Below are positions 36,652 to 46,026 of a stretch of DNA of 46,026 bases, piece after piece. Source of the DNA: Stramenopiles sp. TOSAG23-2 (lineage: Eukaryota); assembly GCA_900128395.1 (NCBI GenBank), contig LT649284.1, positions 1 to 46,026 of the forward strand. Direction: 5' to 3'. A program made the translations under genes and the position numbers. The notes beneath the pieces were generated by a model. That model ran no database searches. It was not told the DNA's origin and saw nothing but the letters and a program-made list of their open reading frames with translations. Position 1 is the first letter of the stretch. Each line of letters begins with the position of its first letter.

Positions 36652-37515
36652 TTAATTGCATCCTTCTGGTTTATTACTACCTTGATATAAACTACATACA
36701 TGTGATAGTAATTGCGACGGATCTTCCATTGGTTTTCCATTTACAATTACCCATGGTGTTCCAATTTTAGATGTACCTAATTTGATTGTTTCCATTGCAT
36801 TAAATTGATCTACACGATGCCCTTCGGTACCAGATTCACATTGGTTTAAAATATTTGCATCAATTTCAACTGCTTTTGCACATTCATCAACAGCACTTCG
36901 TTCTGCATTATTCATACCTTCAAAACATATTAGAAAATCTAAATATTTAGTTGGATAATGTTTTATTGCACAACCTTCCAAACGATTTGCCCAACATTCA
37001 TCCACTCCATGTTGACATAATATTTCACCATTAAAACAATTTGTTTCATTTTCGTTGATGTTGTTAGAATTTTCACTACATTTATTTATCCAACAATCCA
37101 TTCCTTTCTCTTTATCAAAATTAGGTGTATTGCATACATTGTAATATGCATTACCCCATGGATAAAATGTGAAATTCATAATGTCCAACACACCTTCTGC
37201 GTTGATTGTCTCATTTAATCCACCAGCGACAAAATTGTCGCATTCTGGTCATAATGCTTCTCCATAAAATTGGACTTGTACTAAATCCTCATTATTATTA
37301 ATATTATTATTTAATGTTGTCATTGCAAATGATGTATTAACAGCGACAAAATTGTCGCATTCTGGTCATAATGCTTCTCCATAAAATTGGACTTGTACTA
37401 AATCCTCATTATTATTAATATTATTATTTAATGTTGTCATTGCAAATGATGTATTAATAATAATAATACAACAATATGTTGCAATAACAATATTTTGGCA
37501 TATATTATATTTCAT
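36652..37515 (-). CDS. GILT: GILT (gamma-interferon-inducible lysosomal thiol reductase) family protein with an in-frame UGA at the active site; probable selenoprotein
   Basis: Signal peptide from ATG 37515, VQVQFYGEAL-TGA-PEC, then FYPWGNA, the GILT signature CQHGVDECWANRLEGC and TPWVIVNG. Confidence 0.9.
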
Positions 37516-37804
37516 GGTTGTTGTATTCTCAATCTGTTAGATGTATTATACGATAAAATCTAACAAAAATATCTTGATTGTGTTTGTTTTCCTGTTTTTT
37601 TATATATTTGTGCCTCTCTATGTACATCCCCCCGCCTACTATTCAACAATAGTAGTTTTAGTTTTGTTTATGGAAAAAAGTGCAACTTTAAAACTTACAT
37701 ATATATATTTGAATATTATAAGTGTGTATAAACAGAAAGGAGATATATATTAATATATATATAATTGAAATTTTGAAAACATATCATACATAATACAAGA
37801 TAAT

Positions 37805-37840
<36 letters not shown>

Positions 37841-37900
37841 TTACATTTACAGTACATTCACGATATATACATACATATACATATATATTTAAAGACAGAG

Positions 37901-38889
37901 ATGTATAGTGATTTAGATAATGCTCATGAAGGACAATCATTAAATAATGGTTCACCTTATGATAATAATAATAATAACGGCATGAATCCAAATTTTCCAA
38001 CAAATAAATTATTTTTTGGAATGAAAAAAACTGCTTTGGTGAAATATGTATGGACGTGGAATACTGGGATGTTATTGCCATTTTTTATTAGTGGATGATA
38101 ATAATAATAATAACGGCATGAATCCAAATTTTCCAACAAATAAATTATTTTTTGGAATGAAAAAAACTGCTTTGGTGAAATATGTATGGACGTGGAATAC
38201 TGGGATGTTATTGCCATTTTTTATTAGTGGATGTGCTACTGCAGGTGGAGAATTTCCAGGTGGTGTAGTATTTTCGTTTATATTTGTTACCTTCATTGCA
38301 ATTGCCGTATCACTATTTGGCTATCAAATTATGTTAAAGCCAGAATTTCGAAGTGATGAAAGATATGGCATGTTATTAGCATCTGTATTTTTTATGACTA
38401 TGTTTTCATTTAATGAAGCTGTTGATGCTGGGAGTTTTAATAGAAATTTTTACCAATTGCTTGGGGTCAATCTGCCAGCTGTACGTGCAACAATAGCATT
38501 TGCTGTGTTTTTATTTCTTGGATATTTAGTAGCATTATTTATGCTATACAATTGGAAAGAGGAACTAGAATGGAATGATGGATCTTCTTCACGTAATCTA
38601 TCAGATCTAGGAAGATCCTTTGATTCAATACATATCGATAATGGTGTATTTAGTAGCATTATTTATGCTATACAATTGGAAAGAGGAACTAGAATGGAAT
38701 GATGGATCTTCTTCACGTAATCTATCAGATCTAGGAAGATCCTTTGATTCAATACATATCGATAATGGTGATAATGAACGTAACATATCCGTACCAGATA
38801 TGAATCCTAATAACAATATCAACAGCAGAAGCCAAGCTGTTGGTAATAACAATGTTGCAAATGATGAATATTTAGAAACCGAGCTGTAA
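37901..38889 (+). CDS. Four-TM membrane protein of unknown function (frame broken by two duplications)
   Basis: Four hydrophobic segments. Collapsing the 136 bp and 124 bp duplications joins the three ORF fragments. Confidence 0.7.
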
Positions 38890-39331
38890 ATGATAATCTA
38901 TGCATAAAAAAAAAATCAAAATTATATAAAAAATGAAATCAATTGTCCATCATATCTCTATATAAGAATACTGGATACTGCTGTGAGAGATACATACACT
39001 GCTTGATGCTTGAAGCTGCTGAGTGCTGAGTGCTGAGATAAAAATGGAATGTATACATTAATATTTATAAAATGAAATATTTAACTACACAGACAGAATA
39101 TCCATAATTTTAGTGTTTACGTTTTTAAAATACAACACACGGCTCTCTCTCTCTACACTATACAATATCTAGATATTATATATATGTCATCACATGTCAT
39201 AAAGTCCACTATCTAAAGCCACACTCTCCTCCTCTCTTCAAATCTTCAAATCTTCATAACACATATTACACTCTTCAACACACTTTTCTCTCAAATTTCT
39301 TAAACAATTTCTTTGGAATCCTTATTTTTTT

Positions 39332-40610
39332 TTAATTGGATACAACAGAAGATAATAAAAATTGTTTCAAATCCATTGTCATGATGTTAAATCCTTCAAC
39401 AATTGGGTCATGAAATAAAAATCCTATAATTGGTGCTAAAGGTCCAGAATTTATATCATAATGTCGTATTAAAATATCATTATTTTTTTTTCGTCTTTTA
39501 ACTTCCATACGGGTCATGAAATAAAAATCCTATAATTGGTGCTAAAGGTCCAGAATTTATATCATAATGTCGTATTAAAATATCATTATTTTTTTTTCGT
39601 CTTTTAACTTCCATACATCTTCTGGTTTTTAAAATATATGGTTGTAATTGTATAGGAACCATTTGATAGGCCCAACAAATTCGTGAATTTTGTGTGATTT
39701 CTAAAAATTCAAAATTTAATATCATATTATTTTTGATATTTGTAAATGGAACACGTAAATTGACTTTTAATATAGCACTATCGCCGGCAACAACTGCTGA
39801 TGCAGTATTTTCAGCACTACTACTACTACTGATGGTACTACCATCATCATCATTATTCCCATCCTTAATGACATGTACGTCATATGTAAATGTATTCCAA
39901 TTTTTGTAATTTGGAAAGTCATACATCACATCATAAACTTTCTCCAAAGTCATTGTATTGCCATCATCTATACCAATTACAGTCCATTTGGTATGGATAT
40001 TGATTTCGTATGGCATCAACAATTTAATATATATAAACAGAAAGAGAAAAAAATAAAAAAATCTCTTAAAACGTTTTTCTCTTCCTATGATTGGTGGGAT
40101 CAATTCTTCAGTAGGTGATGAATATTCTTTTGGATCATATTGATTCGGTCCATTTGGAAAATCTGGATTTTGCAAATAATAATCAAGTGTACGATCAAAT
40201 GCTACTTGTTTTGAATACAATGGTACATAATTTAAATCTTTACGAGATGCAGATCCAGTGGCAGAAAAACTTAAACATGTACCTTGAACAGCTTCACGTG
40301 TAAATAATAATTGTTTTGTGCCTAGATTACATATTTGTAATATATTATTAATCGTTTCAACTGTCGCAGCTATTGGATACATTAATAAATATGGTAAACC
40401 AATTGTTGGAACTACATGTCCTTTTGCTTTTAAATACGGCTCACTGAAACGAAAAAAATTTGTTACCGGTGTATCATCAACAGCAAAATAAATTTTACCA
40501 TTTGATTTATATGGATTTGTTATTAATGTTTTTAATGCACACATATGAACATGTGCTACATTACCAGCATAACATCGTTGAAAAATAGATTCTCCTAATC
40601 CAATTTTAAT
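39332..40610 (-). CDS. 5'-truncated 3-beta-hydroxysteroid dehydrogenase/NSDHL-like C-terminal half + TM helix + SRPBCC (START-like) domain
   Basis: KIGLG...YAGNVAHVH..A...GKIYF..DDTP...KDLNYVPLYS (extended SDR C-half); LEKVYDVMYDFPNYKNWNTF (SRPBCC start). The Rossmann N-terminus is absent. Confidence 0.7.
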
Positions 40611-40630
40611 AGAAAATAATATTACCAAAC

Positions 40631-42985
40631 ATGAATATATTTATCATATTAACAATAATAACCATCATTTCTCTCCAACGAATCGAAGCCTTTGACGTAG
40701 CGACAGTGAAATGGGGAAAAGAACCGATAAAAGTTAGTAGCACTGGACCAGACTCCACATTACCTAATTTTTTTTTCATGGCTGGTGGAGAGGAAGGTGG
40801 AAGTATGTTTGATGGGTACGGGTACACCGGTGGTAAAGGGAATCCATCCCCATATGTACCACCTGATGGTTGTCCTGATGAAATATTTGAAAATACAATG
40901 AAAGATGAGCGAGTGCCACAACTCCCATGGGCATTACAAGAATCATGGGGATGTGAAAGGAAACCAACGGAAGTCGATGCTATTATAATTGAAAATGATT
41001 ATTTACGTGCTGCAGTTACACCTCAATGGGGTGGAAAAATTTGGAGTTTATATAATAAAAAATTGAAACGACAAGTATTTTACAATAACCCAGCACATCA
41101 ACCAGATAACATTGGATATAGAAAAGCATGGACATCTGGTGGATGTGAATGGAATTGGGCACCTGGAAAGATTGGACATTCCGTATTTACGGAATCACCA
41201 GTCTATACAGCTATCATTCCAAGTGACAAAGGTAATATAACACGTGTATGGGAATATGATCGACAAAATAATACCGTATGGTCCGTTGATATTTTAATTA
41301 TTGATGATGTTTTATTTGCACATCCAAAAATACGAAATCCAACCGATGTAGAAATTCCAGGTTATTGGTGGACATGCGTTGCTATGCCAGTAACGGATAA
41401 TACACGTATAATTACACCAGCGGAAGCAAGTTTAACACCATGCACACCATGGCCTGCAGGTGCATGGACTAATCCAAATACTACATTTCGTGGAAGTAGT
41501 CTTGGTACATGCAGGGAGGAAGATACGTGTGCATGGCAACAAGATATGTCATGGCTTGGTAATATTCCACATCCACATGATTTTTTCATGATGATTTCAC
41601 CAGAAAAAGTACCATACATCACACATGTTACCGATGATGGTTTTGCAACCATTCATTCCCATCCAAAAAAAATGAAAGGAACGAAATTTTTCACCTGGGG
41701 ACAATCTGGAATGGGCGCATTTCAACAAGATTTCATGTCTGCATCTGATTATGAAAATCCAAAATGTGATAAACCATATTATGATCCATATTGCGAACAT
41801 TATGAACATGAAGGCCGTTATACGGAATTGCAGATTGGACCGGCACCATCACAAATGCATACATTTCCAATTGGTAAAAATTCATCTTATGAATGGACGG
41901 AATGGTTTAAATCATGGAATAATGGAGATATTAGTAAACTTCATTCATCTCATTATAACGATGCGGTTGATGAGGTCAATAAATGGATGGATTCAAAAGA
42001 AGGAATGTCGCAAACTGAATTGGATGAAATTGACCAATTTATGGAGCAAATGGCTGATGTGAAACCTTTGAAAGAAAATATTGTCTATGAAGGTATGCCA
42101 TGGGGTGGTTTACGTGAAAAATTAGTTGGCCAACCAATCATTGCAAATGGTGCAACGCCATTTTTCCCGCCAAAATATACAGAGGAAACACGTTGTTGGT
42201 TAGATTTAATCGTTAATGGTACATTTAGTGAAGAGACGCTACAATTAAACCCAATTAATTTTGAAATAAGTGATGAATGGGTTGCATTACTACAAAAATC
42301 TATTGCAAATGGACATTCAACATGGTTGCATTATTTATTTTTAGGTACAGTTGATTTGGAAAAAGGAAATGCCAAAAGTGCACGAGAGCTATTCATTAAA
42401 TCATTTACGTTAAAAAAAAGTGTTCATGGTGCAAGAAATCTTGCAATATTTTCAAGTACAAAAACTGAAGCGATTGATTATTACAAACAGGCATGGGATA
42501 TATGGAAAACTCTGGATCCAAACGTTGATGTTGTAGTAGAACGATTAGGTGCAGATCTTACTAGTGAATTTGCAGGTTGGTTAGTTGGAAATGAAGAGTG
42601 GGCGGAATTAAATGCACTGTTGAACGATATAAAATCGAATGGTATCTCTTCATCAATGAAAGAGAATTTTTTAAACCAAGATAAATTATTGCATGCACAA
42701 GCTTGTATAGCAAATCAAAATAAAGATTATGATACAGCAATTAAAATCTTAACCAAAAATTGCTTTCCTACATATGGATCGTTAAGAAATGCCTTGATTC
42801 AATTATGGTTTGAAGCCAATGTCATAAAAGCAGAAACAAAGAAAGGCAGTTCATTGTCCGTATTAGAAACTGTACATTTAAGAAGAGAACTTGGATGTGG
42901 CGGTGATTCCGAAACAACTTTATCCTATAAAAATAATTGTATCAGGGGTCCACCGAATCTAGGATATGCTTATGGTCGTCTATGA
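40631..42985 (+). CDS. Secreted DUF5107-domain protein with TPR-like C-terminus (intronless)
   Basis: Signal peptide; IIENDYLRAAVTPQWGGKIWSL...FYNNP...AWTSGGCEWN, RVWEYDR, YWWT, GTKFFTWG and YTELQIG are typical of DUF5107. Confidence 0.85.
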   Translation: MNIFIILTIITIISLQRIEAFDVATVKWGKEPIKVSSTGPDSTLPNFFFMAGGEEGGSMFDGYGYTGGKGNPSPYVPPDGCPDEIFENTMKDERVPQLPWALQESWGCERKPTEVDAIIIENDYLRAAVTPQWGGKIWSLYNKKLKRQVFYNNPAHQPDNIGYRKAWTSGGCEWNWAPGKIGHSVFTESPVYTAIIPSDKGNITRVWEYDRQNNTVWSVDILIIDDVLFAHPKIRNPTDVEIPGYWWTCVAMPVTDNTRIITPAEASLTPCTPWPAGAWTNPNTTFRGSSLGTCREEDTCAWQQDMSWLGNIPHPHDFFMMISPEKVPYITHVTDDGFATIHSHPKKMKGTKFFTWGQSGMGAFQQDFMSASDYENPKCDKPYYDPYCEHYEHEGRYTELQIGPAPSQMHTFPIGKNSSYEWTEWFKSWNNGDISKLHSSHYNDAVDEVNKWMDSKEGMSQTELDEIDQFMEQMADVKPLKENIVYEGMPWGGLREKLVGQPIIANGATPFFPPKYTEETRCWLDLIVNGTFSEETLQLNPINFEISDEWVALLQKSIANGHSTWLHYLFLGTVDLEKGNAKSARELFIKSFTLKKSVHGARNLAIFSSTKTEAIDYYKQAWDIWKTLDPNVDVVVERLGADLTSEFAGWLVGNEEWAELNALLNDIKSNGISSSMKENFLNQDKLLHAQACIANQNKDYDTAIKILTKNCFPTYGSLRNALIQLWFEANVIKAETKKGSSLSVLETVHLRRELGCGGDSETTLSYKNNCIRGPPNLGYAYGRL

Positions 42986-43750
42986 TCTAAATTTGATACT
43001 CCCTGTGCGTATGAAAAAACTGTATACTTCGTATTATGTAATTTTTTGTGTGTGAATGATGTAGTGCGTGAAAATTATGGTCGTCTATGATCTAAATTTG
43101 ATACTCCCTGTGCGTATGAAAAAACTGTATACTTCGTATTATGTAATTTTTTGTGTGTGAATGATGTAGTGCGTGAAAATGTGTGTGAACAAAGTGGCGA
43201 ATGAAGTATGAAGTCATGAAAAGGCTATAAAGTTACGTATGAAACACGAAATAATTAAAAAATACGTGAGTACGTTTCGTACTACGTTTAAAATACGAAT
43301 TTTTATATCATATGACATACGAATTCGTAGGTGTAAATGTGAAAGAGAGAAAAAGAGAAAAGAGAGGGAGAATTAAAATGTGGTGAAAAATGGTAAAACA
43401 TGATGTGTGTGTGTGTGTATTTTGTGTTATCATGTTATGCATGTAATCTGTAATCTGCATAAAAAAATTACGAAAATAAAAGAAACGTTTTTCATTCTCA
43501 GGTAAATAAAAATTATTTTTTTATTTTTTTTTATATAATATTTTCATATCATACTTTTCATTTATTAGACATATGATATTAAATACTCGTATCATTCCCT
43601 TAATATATTGTAATATTTACCCCCGAAAAAACACTTTTATTTGTGTGGCTACTGGCTATTAAAATCACGTGGTTCATTTTGTTCGATGCCTTTCAATACT
43701 TGAAGTACATCATTATATTCAATTGATGAGACTTCGACATTTTTGTGTGG

Positions 43751-46026
43751 CTACTGGCTATTAAAATCACGTGGTTCATTTTGTTCGATGCCTTTCAATA
43801 CTTGAAGTACATCATTATATTCAATTGATGAGACTTCGACATTAAAGTTTAGATTTGTCAACGACTGCCATTCGAATACACTAGACTGCTTTTCATTTGC
43901 TCGAGAGTCGGTGTTATACCATAGATTATCAATATTTTCTAAATTTACCCCACCACTCCTAGCTTTATGTGCAACATTTAATGTTGCTAAGAAAAAATGC
44001 TGCCAATTGTCAGTATGCAATGCCAGGATATTTTCCTTACACATTCGTCTCATTAATGCTAAACATGTCACAGCACTATAAGCGGCTGGATTCCCAGTCT
44101 CTTGTAAAAATTTCAAAAATGAGTATACTCTTTGAAATGATGGAATATGGCTCCCAAATGACGAGTTCACATTTCTACCATTTGTTAAATACTGCATGTC
44201 ATCCGTCATTTTAAACTGTCGATATGCAGTGATACGAGCCAAATTATTTGGATCTTGTAGCATATCATAATAACAAACTGCAACCGCATACCAAAAATGA
44301 TCAGAGCCTGTATCTCTTGCGTTTGCAGGCCTTACCAAAGCTCCTTCGTCACCCACAACAACTAATGTTGTTGTATTTGTTGATAATGCCTCGCTATCGG
44401 TCGTTAAACGACTTAGTCGCAGCGAAGTGAGTCTTTCCTCAGTAAAAATAATCAATTTTTCATACCACGCCTCAAAACTTTTCAAACTTTCCGGACAAAG
44501 CCAAATGCTTTCAAACCCGAAATTAATTTCAAACCCATTATGTGGTAAATGAGTGTGTGGATAAATTCTTAGAAACTTTGCTTTTTTTAACTCCGCTATT
44601 AACTCGGGATAAGCAGAACCAGAATTGAAAGCAATGCGGCTCTCGTATTGTTTTAACTGTCCATTTTCAAAGAGTACAAAATAATGCCGCTTGAAGATGT
44701 GACTAGTAGTACTCTGTTTTCTAGATGGGTTTGAGTGCTGGCGAATCATCCACCCTTCAACAATGCTACGTTTCTTAGATCGGCTTCCCTTAATTTTGCG
44801 CTTTCGGTTTATCGTGCGAGTTTTTTTCTTTTCTAGATGGGTTTGAGTGCTGGCGAATCATCCACCCTTCAACAATGCTACGTTTCTTAGATCGGCTTCC
44901 CTTAATTTTGCGCTTTCGGTTTATCGTGCGAGTTTTTTTCTGTCTTTGACTCCCCAAAATATTATTACCAAATGCTTTAGAACGCCATGGACTCGAAGAA
45001 ACATTATTACGAGCATTTCCACGTTCAAATCTATTCATACCAGAGCTATTAGCAAGACTATTATCAAAACTTTTTGTTTCAATCGACGGAACATTCATCA
45101 TGAGACTATATGCCCCTCGAGACTCATGATATTTCAAAAAATCAGAATTTAATCCTAGCCATTCATCGCTTCCATTGTATCCCATTCCATCGAAATGCCT
45201 CGACGGCATGTCCTTTATATATACATTGTACGAGTCAACATCGTTCAATGATGATTGAATATCATTCACTGCACCTTTACCAAATTGACGTGGATTTACT
45301 TCACTCACATCTTTACGATATTCTGGATCACCAGTACGCTGGTATCGACCACGATTCAAATTACCAATTATATTACGTAATTTATTGTACCAATCCATAA
45401 ATATATTACCACCACCTTCTGGACATATCGTTGTCACTTTACCTGATGATGATACCAATTCTATACCACGTCCATCGCCTGGTAAACCTTTCTTTGTTAC
45501 CATACGCACACCAACAATATCACGTAAATTTATCTCACCTTTTGCATTGTTTTTTGATTTATTACCATTGTAAAATTTATCACTACTTGCATCATCACGA
45601 TGGAAATACAATATACTATTACGCCACAAACTCAAAAATTGACGTTTCCATTTACCAAATATACCATATCCACCACGACGCTTGATCCATCCTTTATGAC
45701 TCAAATTATCACGCGTACGTAAAGACGATTTTGGTACATGCATACTAACACGCATACCTGCTTTCGATACATTCCTTGTATCACCAATATTATTGACTGA
45801 ATTCATTGGACCTGACACATCACTTACTTCATCATTATCAAACATACCAATATTATAATCTGATGATTTACTTTCATCCAAATCCCATACATCAACATTG
45901 TAAGAGTCAACATCGTTCAATGATGATTGAATATCATTCATTGTACCTTTACCAAATTGACGTGGATTTACTTCACTCACATCCTTACGATATTCTGGAT
46001 CACCAGTACGCTGGTATCGACCACGA
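43751..46026 (-). CDS. Multi-PH-domain protein with a C-terminal cyclin-Y-like fold (5' end outside the window; frame broken by a 112 bp duplication)
   Basis: HKGWIKRRGG..KWKRQFLSL..LYF..KGEINL..W and VEGWMIR..FKRHYFVL..LKQY..W (PH domains); LHTDNWQHFFLATLNVAHK...FEWQSLTNLNFNVEVSSIEY (cyclin Y-like). Confidence 0.75.

Noticed and set aside
37224-37457. GILT with two tandem UPEC motifs (in-frame 117 bp duplication)
   Set aside because: It is an exact copy of the same kind as the many neighbouring frameshifting duplications, so most likely an assembly overlap that happens to be in frame.
36652-37515. GILT as a nonsense pseudogene, or UGA reassigned genome-wide
   Set aside because: The only stop falls exactly on the catalytic Cys with the rest intact, and TGA terminates several other genes in the window.
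40631-42985. DUF5107 gene nested in an intron of the 3-beta-HSD gene
   Set aside because: No upstream dehydrogenase exon can be found between 42985 and the next gene.
1540-43460. Frequent 7-8 bp micro-duplications in intergenic DNA (e.g. CCACACT, CAGACAT, GATTCTG, TGCTGAG, GTGTCTAG) as transposon footprints
   Set aside because: Indistinguishable from replication slippage in a microsatellite-rich genome without comparative data.
406-45685. Numerous short antisense or overlapping ORFs in the track (e.g. 406-744, 13250-13774, 32555-33037)
   Set aside because: They are shadows of real genes or low-complexity repeats, with no recognisable motifs.

Overview
AT-rich eukaryotic nuclear scaffold, probably from a flagellated protist; a marine stramenopile-type draft genome is plausible but is inference only. 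It is gene-dense and intron-poor, with short GT-AG introns carrying CTAAC branch points, poly-Asn tracts and the standard genetic code. About 20 genes are present, including MEIG1, an EEF1AKMT4/METTL13-like methyltransferase, an EDR1-domain kinase-ankyrin protein, acetyl-CoA synthetase, a kinase-LRR protein, a PX + YaeF/YiiX amidase, PTEN, two F-box-like/ankyrin paralogs, a TPR protein, GILT, a truncated 3-beta-HSD/SRPBCC fusion, DUF5107-TPR and a PH-cyclin protein. Two highlights: (1) the GILT thiol reductase has an in-frame TGA exactly at the first Cys of its CxxC active site (UPEC) and a candidate SECIS in its 3' UTR, so it is probably a selenoprotein that the ORF track truncates; (2) one ankyrin cassette is attached to unrelated N-termini and shows non-synonymous hypervariation concentrated at ligand-binding positions. 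About 14 exact 95-240 bp tandem duplications break ORFs and are probably unmerged contig overlaps, so local adjacency should be treated with caution. No rRNA, tRNA or CRISPR array was recognised.
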